DNA from: Clostridia bacterium
Lineage (GTDB): Bacteria > Bacillota > Clostridia > Christensenellales > QALW01
DNA length: 64,000 nt
NCBI GenBank assembly: GCA_900769815.1
Contig: CAAGID010000030.1
Location: forward strand, 2,993-66,992
Reading direction: 5' to 3'
Positions 24,594 to 34,556 of this stretch are shown piece after piece. The notes below the pieces were generated by a model. The model worked only from the letters and a program-made list of their open reading frames with translations, had not been told where the DNA came from and searched no databases. How positions within the stretch are numbered: the stretch's first letter is position 1; every line of letters begins with the position of its first letter. The translations under genes and the position numbers were made by a program.

Positions 24594-26074
24594 TAAAGGT
24601 TCTTCCTCCTGAGCCATACAACGATACCAAATATGAATATAATTGCAGGAACTGCCACTACAAGAATGCTGAACCAAACCTGCGTTTGGAACTGTGTAAG
24701 CTGAACGTAATGGTCTGAAAGGTCTATTGACATACCAACGCTTACAATATAATCAGTTGCTTCTCTGCCTGCAAGCCAATTTATGCCGTTACGAAGAATA
24801 TTTGAGTTACCAAGATATTCGCCTGTTGCTAAAGTTTCCGAGCCAAACAAAAGTATTCTTGTTGTGGTTGTTGCAAGCGTGCCTGAAATTGAAGTATTCT
24901 TTCGTTCGTATGCACAACCGATACCCCTTATCCCCAATTCATAATCACTTGCCTCATAATCGCTTGAGTTTTCCCAAGGTACAAGAACGCTTGATTGATA
25001 GCTTGTAAGTATATTCGTAAAAGTTTCGCTATGAGTGCCTGTAGTAATATCCGTGTTATAGTTATAAGAATAGCTTGCCGTCTCATTTACGTAGACGGGC
25101 TCGTTTGCTGAGCGCACCGATTTTGAAATATCGTGCACCTGATCAGCAATAAGCTTAATATGCTTAGGCGAATTGTTATAATAGTTTTTGTTGTTTGTTT
25201 CAGCAACAAAGCCATCTTCAAGAGTTATATGGAAGTTATCAAGAAGATTTCTGTAATTTGTAAGAGGCTGACCGCTGTCATCACTAAGACGCGAACACAT
25301 AAACAGCATTCTGCCGTAACTGTCAGAAAGAAATGACCGTATCTCCTCATACTCGCCTTTTGATAGGTCGCTTTCAGGCTCAAGCACAACTAAAATATCG
25401 CCCTGCTGAAGCTTCTTTTCATCAGTTAAGAGGTTAATTTGTTCAACATTGCAGTTTTCACGGCGTATGCGGTTTATCATTATAAGCGTTTCATTAGAGG
25501 TAACATCCTCGCCGTGTCCGGTAAGAATATACACATTAGGCTTGTTGCCAGTACGCATATAGATAAGAGCACTTGTAAGTATACGCTGAAGAACAAAATA
25601 TTCCTTCATTGTATTTTCGTTATACTCGTGAAGTTCACTCTCGTTAAATGCCTGATAATTACTTTCGTCATCATTCTGACATATTACAACTGAAAACTCC
25701 CCAAGCTTTTTAGTGTCACTTGAAAATTGTTCAAGCTTTGATGGATTTACTCTGGGGTCTACGTTAACGTAGGTAATTTTATCGCTTGCACCGTCAAACA
25801 TAGACGAAATATTCTGTGTATAGGTGCTATAGGCACTTGCGTTGTCCTTAGGAATAAAGGTGTATATTTTTACTTCAGTATTTAAGTTAGCTATAGCCGC
25901 TTCGGCATTTCTGTCAAGAGTATATGAACGTGTAGGCGTAAAATCAAGACGGAAACCATTATTATTTTCAACGTAAGTCGCAAAGATATTTACTGTAAAA
26001 ACTGCAATTATTACAAGTACAGTTATTACTATTGAAAATCCGCCGTATTTAAGTTTATCTTTAAAATTGCTCAT
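24593..26074 (-). CDS. GldG-like ABC-transport auxiliary protein (N- and C-terminal TM anchors)
   Basis: 493 aa with TM helices at both ends. It follows the ABC-2 permease and ATPase as in gldA/F/G-type clusters. Confidence 0.65.
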   Translation of the reverse strand: MSNFKDKLKYGGFSIVITVLVIIAVFTVNIFATYVENNNGFRLDFTPTRSYTLDRNAEAAIANLNTEVKIYTFIPKDNASAYSTYTQNISSMFDGASDKITYVNVDPRVNPSKLEQFSSDTKKLGEFSVVICQNDDESNYQAFNESELHEYNENTMKEYFVLQRILTSALIYMRTGNKPNVYILTGHGEDVTSNETLIMINRIRRENCNVEQINLLTDEKKLQQGDILVVLEPESDLSKGEYEEIRSFLSDSYGRMLFMCSRLSDDSGQPLTNYRNLLDNFHITLEDGFVAETNNKNYYNNSPKHIKLIADQVHDISKSVRSANEPVYVNETASYSYNYNTDITTGTHSETFTNILTSYQSSVLVPWENSSDYEASDYELGIRGIGCAYERKNTSISGTLATTTTRILLFGSETLATGEYLGNSNILRNGINWLAGREATDYIVSVGMSIDLSDHYVQLTQFQTQVWFSILVVAVPAIIFIFGIVVWLRRKNL

Positions 26075-26078
26075 TTAA

Positions 26079-26822
26079 TTACACCCCCGTCCATCTTCTT
26101 CTCTCAATGGCACGTACCGTAAGAAATATAAAGAGACCTGAAACGGATACGTAATAAATAACAGGCGCAAAGCCGACTATACCGTCAGCAAAGTTCTGGT
26201 ATCTTGAGAGCATATTTATTGATGATGCAACCGCGGCAGCAAGATCACTGCCGATGCTTGAAATAACGCTGTTGCCAAGCCAAATAATAAATGCAACTGC
26301 AAAGCTAATAACTGCTGCAACCACCTGATTTTCTGTCATTGAAGAAATAAACACACCGATAGCCATAAATGTTGCACCAATAAGGAAGAAGCCAATATAC
26401 TGAACGAACAGCATTGCAAGGCTTAATGAACCTGACGATGTATACACAGCAAGCACAATGGGAAAAATAAGATTAAGCACCATTGCAATAATAAGCACCG
26501 TAAGGCAAGCGGCATACTTACCTAAAACAACACTTGTGATGCTTATTGGTGAAGTAAGATAAAGCTGGTCAGTTTTATTTCTTCTTTCTTCAGCAAAAAT
26601 TCTCATTGTAAGAACCGGTGTAATAAAACTTAAATAAATGACCATATTCTGCAGTGACGTAGCATAATCGCCTGCTCCTGAATATCCTGTGCCATAGGTA
26701 TTTTGCTTAAGGTTGATACTGAAGAAAATTACTGCGCTTATAAGCATAAAGATTGCAATAAACACATAACCTATGGGAGAATAAAAATAATTCTGTAATT
26801 CTTTTTTACATACTGCCCACAT
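26079..26822 (-). CDS. ABC-2 type transporter permease
   Basis: 247 aa with six TM helices. MWAVCKKELQNYFYSPIGYVFIAIFML is a typical ABC-2/GldF-like N-terminus. Confidence 0.8.
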   Translation of the reverse strand: MWAVCKKELQNYFYSPIGYVFIAIFMLISAVIFFSINLKQNTYGTGYSGAGDYATSLQNMVIYLSFITPVLTMRIFAEERRNKTDQLYLTSPISITSVVLGKYAACLTVLIIAMVLNLIFPIVLAVYTSSGSLSLAMLFVQYIGFFLIGATFMAIGVFISSMTENQVVAAVISFAVAFIIWLGNSVISSIGSDLAAAVASSINMLSRYQNFADGIVGFAPVIYYVSVSGLFIFLTVRAIERRRWTGV

Positions 26823-26824
26823 AA

Positions 26825-27769
26825 TTAAATCTCCCTTTCTGTGCCCGTCAGTTTCATAAAGATATCTTCAAGAGTGACGTCAACATATTTTATCATTAAA
26901 ATAGGCATATTAGCCTTTGCCATAGCGTTGAACATAGGTCTTCTTATATCAATGCCCTTTTCCGTTTCAATTAAAATATCAACAGTGTCCCTTTCCTTTG
27001 AGCCAAGACCTGCAATATAATGAACTCCGGGAAGCGTACGTATAAGCTTAGTTGCGGCTGATTCACTGCCTGCAATACGTACCACCATATTTGCACTTTC
27101 CTGAATACCGTCCTGAAGATTAGAAAGTGTATCCTGTGCAACTATCTTACCGTCGTTAATGATAACTACCTGCTCGCAGACGTCAGCTACCTCAGGAAGA
27201 ATATGTGACGAAAGAATTATGGTATGCTTTTTACCCAAGGATTTTATCATACGGCGAATCTCAATAATCTGTTTGGGGTCAAGACCAACAGTAGGCTCGT
27301 CAAGAATCAAAACCTCGGGATTACCTACAAGTGCCTGAGCCATACCTACACGTTGCTGATAACCCTTTGATAAGTTACCGATACGCCTTTTCATAACATC
27401 GGTAAGCTTCACAAGCTGAGCAATTTCATCAATGTGCCCTGATACAGCACTTGCCTTAACGTCCTTGATTGCACAAACGAATTTAAGATATTCCTCAACT
27501 GTCATTTCCTGATAAATAGGCGGTTTTTCAGGAAGATAACCGATACATTTTTTAACCTCGCGCGGGTTTTTAAGAATATCGTAACCGTTTATTCTTGCCG
27601 TGCCACTTGTTGCAGAAATATAACCGGTAATAATATTCATCGTGGTACTTTTGCCTGCACCGTTTCTGCCTAAAAAGCCCACTACCGAGCCTTTTTTTAC
27701 CTTGAAGCTGATATTATCAACTGCAAGCTTATCTCCGTAACGTTTGGTAAGATTTTCAATTTCTATCAT
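26825..27769 (-). CDS. ABC transporter ATP-binding protein
   Basis: 314 aa. Walker A GRNGAGKST, signature LSKGYQQR, Walker B LILDEP. Confidence 0.92.
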   Translation of the reverse strand: MIEIENLTKRYGDKLAVDNISFKVKKGSVVGFLGRNGAGKSTTMNIITGYISATSGTARINGYDILKNPREVKKCIGYLPEKPPIYQEMTVEEYLKFVCAIKDVKASAVSGHIDEIAQLVKLTDVMKRRIGNLSKGYQQRVGMAQALVGNPEVLILDEPTVGLDPKQIIEIRRMIKSLGKKHTIILSSHILPEVADVCEQVVIINDGKIVAQDTLSNLQDGIQESANMVVRIAGSESAATKLIRTLPGVHYIAGLGSKERDTVDILIETEKGIDIRRPMFNAMAKANMPILMIKYVDVTLEDIFMKLTGTEREI

Positions 27770-27783
27770 ATATATCCTCCAGA

Positions 27784-29130
27784 TTATTCTTCGCGGTATG
27801 AACGGCTTAAGAACTGAGTAAGTTCAGGCTTCCAGGTAAGCTCTACCGTACCTGTTGAGCCGTTACGCTGTTTTGCAATTATTATTTCAGCAAGATTTTT
27901 ATCAACTTCTTCATCTTCATCTTGATAATAACCGGGTCTGTGAACAAGCATTACAAGGTCAGCATCCTGCTCAAGTGAGCCTGATTCACGAAGGTCAGAA
28001 AGCATAGGCGTATGCCCCTTTCTGCCTGAGGTAACACCACGGTTAAGCTGTGAAAGGACTATTACGGGAACGTTTAAAGTTCTTGCAAGACCTTTAAGCT
28101 GACGTGAAAGAAGCGAAACTTCCTGCTGACGGCTTTCCTTATTATCAGTTGACATAAGAGAAATATAGTCGATAACAACAAGAGCAAGGTCATTGATTCT
28201 TCTGCACTTGCTTCTTATTTCGGTAACGCCTATCTGAGTAGTATCATCAATATAAAGCTTTGAGTTATTTAAAATCTCCGTTGCCTCATATATACGCTCC
28301 CAATCAGTATCGTCAAGATCCCCTGAACGTATTTTATTTCCGTCAACTCCTGCAGCTGTGCCAACAAGACGCATAAGAAGATCATTTTTGCTCATTTCAA
28401 GGGAGAAGAAGGCAACTGCCTTCTTTTCAACCATCGCAACGTGAGATGCCATATTCATAGCAAGTGACGTTTTACCCATACTTGGACGGCCCGCTATAAT
28501 AATAAAGTTTGCAGGCTGTAATCCGCCCGTCATCTGGTCGATTTCATAAAAGCCCGTAGGTACGCCACGTGTCTGACCGTGATTTAAAAAGCGTTGACGG
28601 ATTTCCTCATAAACCTCAGTTACCGTTTCACTTACGTGGGTAAGTTTGGAGGCTTCATTGTTCATGGAAATATTAAAAAGTGAGCTTTCGGCACCTTCAA
28701 TAATTTCCTTTGCCTCACGCTCAGAACCATAACACTCAGAAACTGAACGGCCTAATTCGGTAATAAGCCTTCTTAATTTGTATTTTTCAACAACGATGTC
28801 TGCATAGTGCTCAACGTTTGCTACCGAGGGCACTGTTGCAGTAAGCTCGGTAAGATACGTTATACCTCCTACATTATCAAGCATACCTCTTTTCATAAGT
28901 TCACTTGAAAGAGTTACAATATCAATAGGTGTATCAGCCTTTAAAAGCTCGCACATGGCATCGAATATTTCACGGTTATTTGAGCGGTAGAAATATTCGC
29001 TGTTTTTAATTTTTTCGTATACGATATTTATGCAATCACTATTAAGCAGAATTGCACCGAGCACAGAACGTTCACTTTCAATGTCATTGGGCATATTCCG
29101 TTCACTATGCATTATCTGTTCGTTTTCCAT
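27784..29130 (-). CDS. dnaB: replicative DNA helicase
   Basis: 448 aa. PNDIESERSVLGAILL, GRPSMGKTS (Walker A), VVIDYISLM and LSQLNRG are DnaB hallmarks. No intein. Confidence 0.95.
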   Translation of the reverse strand: MENEQIMHSERNMPNDIESERSVLGAILLNSDCINIVYEKIKNSEYFYRSNNREIFDAMCELLKADTPIDIVTLSSELMKRGMLDNVGGITYLTELTATVPSVANVEHYADIVVEKYKLRRLITELGRSVSECYGSEREAKEIIEGAESSLFNISMNNEASKLTHVSETVTEVYEEIRQRFLNHGQTRGVPTGFYEIDQMTGGLQPANFIIIAGRPSMGKTSLAMNMASHVAMVEKKAVAFFSLEMSKNDLLMRLVGTAAGVDGNKIRSGDLDDTDWERIYEATEILNNSKLYIDDTTQIGVTEIRSKCRRINDLALVVIDYISLMSTDNKESRQQEVSLLSRQLKGLARTLNVPVIVLSQLNRGVTSGRKGHTPMLSDLRESGSLEQDADLVMLVHRPGYYQDEDEEVDKNLAEIIIAKQRNGSTGTVELTWKPELTQFLSRSYREE

Positions 29131-29164
29131 ACTATCACATCCTAAAAAATCTTAAGTCGGGGAA

Positions 29165-29503
29165 TCAACCAAAACTCTCGGAAAATTTCTTCTTACCTAA
29201 AATGTGGAAATGAAGGTGCTTTACGGTCTGTCCGCCGTCTGAGCCTACGTTAGAAACAAGACGGAATCCATTTTCAAGCCCCTGTTTATCAGCAATCTCT
29301 CTTATAACCTTGAATATGTGTGCAATAAGTTCATTATCTTCTTCCGTTAATTTTACCGCACTTTCAATATGCTTTTTGGGAATTACAAGAATATGTACCG
29401 GTGCACAAGGGTTAATATCGTTAAAAGCAAGTACCAAATCGTCTTCATATACTTTGCTTGATGGAATTTCACCCTTAACTATCTTACAAAAAATACAATC
29501 CAT
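29165..29503 (-). CDS. HIT-family (histidine triad) protein
   Basis: 112 aa. MDCIFCKIVKGEIPS... and HLHFHILG. Confidence 0.9.
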   Translation of the reverse strand: MDCIFCKIVKGEIPSSKVYEDDLVLAFNDINPCAPVHILVIPKKHIESAVKLTEEDNELIAHIFKVIREIADKQGLENGFRLVSNVGSDGGQTVKHLHFHILGKKKFSESFG

Positions 29504-29504
29504 T

Positions 29505-30785
29505 TTAATCTATCCTTTCGCCCCATAGTCCTTCAGGGGTAATTTTTGTAATTTTTATTTCTGCAAACTGATTTTCTATAGTTTCGCTTTCAAAGAAAAC
29601 TGAAATATGTTCTTCCGTCAAGCCCTCTTGAATACCATTTGTATTTGTTTCACAAAGAACCGTTTTTATTTGTCCCACGAACTGCTTCCTATATTCCGCG
29701 CCTTTTTTCACACAAAGCTCTGATAAAATATGGGCGCGCTTGTTTTTTGTGCTTTTATCAAGCTGACCTGCCATTTTAGAAGCAACTGTGCCCTCTCTTA
29801 CTGAATAGGGAAAAACGTGAACCCACGCAAATCCTACTTTCTCAGCAAAATTAAGCGTTTCATTAAATTCTTCCTCAGTTTCGCCGGGAAAGCCTGTTAT
29901 TATATCTGTTGAAATAGCTGAAGGAGCATAATTCTTTCTGATACGCTGAACTGCGTTAAAATAATCTTCTGTTGTATATTTTCGGTTCATACGTTTTAAA
30001 ACGGTGTCGGAGCCTGATTGCAACGACAGATGGTACTGCCTTGAAAATTCCTTATGCCTTGTAACCTTTTCTAAAAACTCATCAGTTACAATATTAGGTT
30101 CAAGAGAGCCTAAACGCACACGCTCGATTCCGTCAATCGCGCAGATTCTTTCAACAACGTCGCCAAGGTCAGGTTTAAAATCCCATTCCTTACCGTAAGA
30201 AGATAAGTGAATGCCGTTTATAACGATTTCTTTAAATCCCTTTTCTTTAAGACTTTTACATTCTGCAACAATGCTTTCAATATTTCTTGAACGCTCTCTA
30301 CCCCGCACGTAAGGGATTATGCAATATGAGCAAAAGTTATTGCAGCCATCCTGAATTTTAATAAAAGCACGTGTTTTTTCTCCTGCACTGTCAGGCATAT
30401 CCTGATAAACAGAAAATTTAGACATATCCTCGACGAAAATATCGTCAAGCTTGGCCTTTATCATTTGAGGTAACAGATGTTTTTGTGAGTTTCCCGCCAC
30501 AATGGAAACGCCTTTTATTTTTTTAAACACTTCAGGTGTTTTCTGCGCCGCACATCCCGTTACACATATAACTGCATTTTCATTTAAGCCTAATGCCCTG
30601 CGTACTGTCTGCCTTGATTTTCTTTCACCTTCTGCCGTTACACAACAGGTGTTAATTATATAAACGTCAGCAAATTCAGAAAAATCAACTATCTCATAGG
30701 AAAGAGCTCGCATTTCTTCTTTTAAAGCTTCTGCCTCGCATTGATTAACTTTACATCCTAAAGACGTTACCGCACATTTAAACAT
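29505..30785 (-). CDS. mtaB: tRNA (t6A37) methylthiotransferase, MiaB-like radical-SAM enzyme
   Basis: 426 aa. UPF0004 N-domain (LGCKVNQCE), radical-SAM CNNFCSYC and a C-terminal TRAM-like end. Conserved rsmE-mtaB context. Confidence 0.85.
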   Translation of the reverse strand: MFKCAVTSLGCKVNQCEAEALKEEMRALSYEIVDFSEFADVYIINTCCVTAEGERKSRQTVRRALGLNENAVICVTGCAAQKTPEVFKKIKGVSIVAGNSQKHLLPQMIKAKLDDIFVEDMSKFSVYQDMPDSAGEKTRAFIKIQDGCNNFCSYCIIPYVRGRERSRNIESIVAECKSLKEKGFKEIVINGIHLSSYGKEWDFKPDLGDVVERICAIDGIERVRLGSLEPNIVTDEFLEKVTRHKEFSRQYHLSLQSGSDTVLKRMNRKYTTEDYFNAVQRIRKNYAPSAISTDIITGFPGETEEEFNETLNFAEKVGFAWVHVFPYSVREGTVASKMAGQLDKSTKNKRAHILSELCVKKGAEYRKQFVGQIKTVLCETNTNGIQEGLTEEHISVFFESETIENQFAEIKITKITPEGLWGERID

Positions 30786-31512
30786 TCATTTCTCCCATAA
30801 GTGCAAGGACAACTGCACCCGTTGCTATTGCGGCAGTTTCAGCACGAAGGATTCTTTTGCCTAAAGACACGCTGATAAAGCCCTGCTCTTTCAAAAATTT
30901 ATGCTCGTCCTCAGTAATACCGCCTTCAGGGCCAATAAAATAACCTAAACATTCAGTCTTCTTAACAGTTTCCATAATGCTTTGAGTTTTTTCTTCCTCG
31001 TAGCAGACTATTTTTTCACTGCACTCATTAAAATATTTTACAGCATCCTTTAATTTTACCGCTTTTAAAACTTCGGGGATACGGCTTCTACCACATTGTT
31101 TGCAGGCTTCAAGGGCAATTTTTTGCCATCTTTCCTGCTTCTTTTCTTCCTTTTTAGTATCCTCTATTTTAACTACCGTACGCTCGGTTATAATGGGAAC
31201 GATTTTTGTAATACCAAGTTCGGTAACTTTTTGCACTAAAAAATCCATTTTCTCGTTTTTTATTACCGACTGAAAAAGTATTATCTCCGTTTCAGGCTCG
31301 TTTTCGTTTTTAACAGTTTTAATAATCTCTGCAGTACATTCTTCGCCGGAAGTAATAAGGGTACAGTATCTGTCTAATCCGTCACCTGTAGAAACGATTA
31401 ATTCTTCTCCCTTTTCAAGGCGGAGAACTTTTGAAATATGTTTTGACTCACCACGGTCAAAATATACTCTATCGTCTTTTATATTGTCAGCGTTGCAATA
31501 GAACCTACGCAT
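30778..31512 (-). CDS. rsmE: 16S rRNA (uracil1498-N3)-methyltransferase
   Basis: 244 aa. MRRFY...HISKVLRL, GPEGG and LGKRILRAETA motifs. Confidence 0.88.
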   Translation of the reverse strand: MRRFYCNADNIKDDRVYFDRGESKHISKVLRLEKGEELIVSTGDGLDRYCTLITSGEECTAEIIKTVKNENEPETEIILFQSVIKNEKMDFLVQKVTELGITKIVPIITERTVVKIEDTKKEEKKQERWQKIALEACKQCGRSRIPEVLKAVKLKDAVKYFNECSEKIVCYEEEKTQSIMETVKKTECLGYFIGPEGGITEDEHKFLKEQGFISVSLGKRILRAETAAIATGAVVLALMGEMNV

Positions 31513-31586
31513 ATAATACCCCTATTATCTTATTATTTAATAAATTATACTATATAAAGCGAAAATTGTAAACAAGAAAAAACTTG

Positions 31587-31615
31587 TCATATCTTAAAAA
31601 AAATCATCATAGTTA
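31587..31615 (+). promoter_or_regulatory. possible sigma-E-type sporulation promoter of spoIVA
   Basis: TCATATC (31587-31593), 14 nt, CATAGTTA (31608-31615), compared with my recollection of the SigE consensus (ATATT ... CATACA-T). Weak, by eye only. Confidence 0.3.
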
Positions 31616-31648
31616 TTAGTGTGTTTAAAAGGTTAAGGAGGATAATTT

Positions 31649-33124
31649 GTGGAACAGTTTGATTTATACAAAGATATTTCTGAACGTACTAACGGTGATA
31701 TTTACATAGGCGTTGTAGGCCCTGTACGCACAGGCAAATCTACCTTCATAAAAAAGTTTATGGATTTACAGGTACTGCCTAACATAAAAGACGAAAACGA
31801 TAGACTTCGTGCTCTTGATGAGCTCCCTCAATCGGCAAGCGGAAAAACGATTATGACTACACAACCTAAATTTGTACCTAACGAGGCCGTTGAGATAAGC
31901 CTTGATGAGCATACAAGCGTCAAGGTACGGCTTGTTGACTGCGTAGGTTATCTTGTTGACGGTATTTTAGGTCATACTGAGGACAATATGCCAAGAATGG
32001 TAAGAACGCCCTGGTCAGATGACGAAATGCCCTTTGAAAAAGCCGCTGAATTAGGTACGAGAAAGGTTATTTGCGACCATTCAACCATCGGAATAGTGGT
32101 TACAAGCGACGGCTCATTTACAGGACTTCCTCGAAGCAGTTATATTGATGCTGAGGAAAGAGTTATCTCTGAGCTTAAGGAATGTAAAAAGCCTTTCCTT
32201 GTTATTCTTAATTCAAGTGAGCCTTACTCAATGGAAACCCAAAAGCTTCAGCTCGCCCTTGAAGAAAAATACAAGGTGCCCATACTTGCCGTAAACGTAT
32301 CTGAAATGGAATTACCTGATATACGTGCTATTCTTGAAAAAGTATTATTTGAATTCCCCTTAAAAGAATTGCGTATTCGCATCCCACGCTGGATTCAGGC
32401 ATTGCCCTCTGACCATCCCCTTATTGAGGAAATTTTTAAAAGCATCTCTTTCGACGGACAGATGCTTAAAATGTGTCATTATGCCGAGCTATTATCAGAT
32501 TTCCAACCCAGCGAAAACATAAAAGGAATCTCCCTTGATAAGGTGCTTTTAGGTGAAGGTGCAGTAACCTATGACCTTAATGTGAACGCAGACCTTTTCT
32601 ATAAAATTTTAGGGGAAGAATGCGGTACTGAAATTAAGGGCGATTATCATCTCATTACCCTTATGCGTGATTTGTTAAGTGCAAAGAAAGAATACGACCG
32701 CATTAAAGATGCTTTGGAACAGGTACGCCTTACAGGTTACGGCGTTGTTTCGCCCTCAATGGAAGAAATGACCTTAGAAGAGCCAAAAATTGTAAAACAG
32801 GGCGGACATTTTGGCATAAAATTAAAGGCAAGTGCTCCAAGTTTACACTTAATGCAGGTAAACATTGCAACGGAAGTCAATCCCATAGTAGGCAGTGAAA
32901 AGCAAAGCGAGGAGCTTGTAAATTATCTTATGAGCGAATTTGAAAACGATCCGCAAAGAATTTGGGAAAGCAATATGTTCGGAAAAAGCCTTAACTCATT
33001 GGTTATGGAGGGGCTTGACACAAAACTTAATAATATGCCCTTTGAGGCAAGAAAAAAGATACAGAAAACTATGGAGCGCATCGTAAATGACGGTAGCGGC
33101 GGTCTTATCTGCATACTTATCTGA
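31649..33124 (+). CDS. spoIVA: stage IV sporulation protein A
   Basis: 491 aa with GTG start after AAGGAGG. MEQFDLYKDISERTNGDIYIGVVGPVRTGKSTFIKKFM is near-identical in pattern to the Bacillus SpoIVA N-terminus. Confidence 0.95.
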   Translation: MEQFDLYKDISERTNGDIYIGVVGPVRTGKSTFIKKFMDLQVLPNIKDENDRLRALDELPQSASGKTIMTTQPKFVPNEAVEISLDEHTSVKVRLVDCVGYLVDGILGHTEDNMPRMVRTPWSDDEMPFEKAAELGTRKVICDHSTIGIVVTSDGSFTGLPRSSYIDAEERVISELKECKKPFLVILNSSEPYSMETQKLQLALEEKYKVPILAVNVSEMELPDIRAILEKVLFEFPLKELRIRIPRWIQALPSDHPLIEEIFKSISFDGQMLKMCHYAELLSDFQPSENIKGISLDKVLLGEGAVTYDLNVNADLFYKILGEECGTEIKGDYHLITLMRDLLSAKKEYDRIKDALEQVRLTGYGVVSPSMEEMTLEEPKIVKQGGHFGIKLKASAPSLHLMQVNIATEVNPIVGSEKQSEELVNYLMSEFENDPQRIWESNMFGKSLNSLVMEGLDTKLNNMPFEARKKIQKTMERIVNDGSGGLICILI

Positions 33125-33140
33125 AAATTCAATAAATAAA

Positions 33141-33182
33141 GCACTTATGCATATATGTTAATATATACATAAGTGCCTTTTT
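33141..33182. terminator. bidirectional intrinsic terminator
   Basis: GCACTTATGCATATAT-gtta-ATATATACATAAGTGC (16-bp stem, one mismatch) followed by CTTTTT. Confidence 0.7.
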
Positions 33183-33882
33183 ATTTAGTTATTTTACAGG
33201 AAAACATAAGATTTTCTTTTTGCATCCCCTTTGCAAGAATAACGTCGTTCTCCTCTATAAAAATTGCCGTTTCTTCGCCGGTTAATTCCTTGTGAAAATC
33301 CAGCTGAAAAGTTTTTATATTCAAAGGTTTTTGAGGTTTCATGGCATTTATAACGTAATCGGCATAGCGGATATTATTAACGTGATCATTGGAATCAAAG
33401 TCCGAAAATCCGCTCGCAATAATATACTGTGGCTCGGTTTCATTAAAATCAGGTACCCTTATAAGCTTTTCATCAAAAACTTCATCCTGACAGAAGCGGT
33501 CAATATTTTTATAAACGTCAGTTACTCTTGCAAGCTTGCGGGTATCCTTATCAATTACTGCCCATTGGCTTGTACCTTTAATAATTACTTTTCCGATTTC
33601 ATCAAAAATCTGATAACTCCTTATAAAATCAAGGCGTTTAGGTTCTAACGGCCAAGTTGCCACAGTAACGTTTTCATACATTCCGGGCATTCTTATAACT
33701 TCATATTTAACTTTAAGAATAACCCACAAAAAACCTCTTTCGAGCATCGCATTAAAGCCAACGCCCAATTTTTCGGCGTGAAGCCCTGCAACAGTTTGGA
33801 AAAGATCAAGGATAGCACTTGGTTTTATCTCTAAAAACCTGTCAAAATCGGAACTTCTTAAATTGTACTGTTTTTTAAACAT
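33181..33882 (-). CDS. acyl-ACP thioesterase
   Basis: ORF 33181-33903. The ATG at 33882 follows AGGAA, while the ATG at 33903 would overlap the upstream gene. The double hot-dog pattern (…FLWVILKVKYEV…, …DSNDHVNNIRY…) fits. Confidence 0.8.
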   Translation of the reverse strand: MFKKQYNLRSSDFDRFLEIKPSAILDLFQTVAGLHAEKLGVGFNAMLERGFLWVILKVKYEVIRMPGMYENVTVATWPLEPKRLDFIRSYQIFDEIGKVIIKGTSQWAVIDKDTRKLARVTDVYKNIDRFCQDEVFDEKLIRVPDFNETEPQYIIASGFSDFDSNDHVNNIRYADYVINAMKPQKPLNIKTFQLDFHKELTGEETAIFIEENDVILAKGMQKENLMFSCKITK

Positions 33883-33893
33883 AGCTTTATTTC

Positions 33894-34508
33894 CTATTCG
33901 CATACAGAGGGTACAACTATCAGATTATTTTCATCAGGAAGTTCAAAAAACTCGCTTGTGGTGGTAACTGCAATTTTTCTGTCTGATTTAGTTAAAAAGT
34001 CAGATAAATTTTCTAAAACCTCAAAGCCGTATTTGCCGTTTCTATAGTGCATTGGAATGACAATTTCAGGCTCAACCTTTTTAATTACTTCCCAGGCTTC
34101 CTCAATATTTATTGTATAAGTACCGCCGATGGGAATCATAAGACAATGGCAATTTTTAATAAAGGGAAGCTGTTGGTCATTTATAACGTGACCTAAATCG
34201 CCTAAATGTACGTATTTTTTATTGTTGCAGGTAATAATATGAACGATATTCTCTCCTCTCTTTGCACCTTTTTCCTTATCGTGAAAGGTCTTCATCATAG
34301 TGATCCCAAAAGGATTCTGTACTCCCGATACCTTACGCTTTATCCCCGAAACTGCATTATGGTCAAAATGGTCGTGACTGCACAAAACCATATCTGCCCC
34401 TGTTTTAACGTCTTTGTAACCGTCAACGTCCTTAAAGGGGTCTATTACTATTTTGTAGCCATTCTCATTAAACAAAAAACAGGAATGACCGAAATATGTT
34501 ATTTTCAT
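33894..34508 (-). CDS. MBL-fold metal-dependent hydrolase (UPF0173-like)
   Basis: 204 aa. MKITYFGHSCFL... and LCSHDHFDHN motifs. Confidence 0.85.
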   Translation of the reverse strand: MKITYFGHSCFLFNENGYKIVIDPFKDVDGYKDVKTGADMVLCSHDHFDHNAVSGIKRKVSGVQNPFGITMMKTFHDKEKGAKRGENIVHIITCNNKKYVHLGDLGHVINDQQLPFIKNCHCLMIPIGGTYTINIEEAWEVIKKVEPEIVIPMHYRNGKYGFEVLENLSDFLTKSDRKIAVTTTSEFFELPDENNLIVVPSVCE

Positions 34509-34556
34509 TTTGTACTCCTTTAAATAAAGGGTCGAAATTAATAGACCCTTTGTAAA

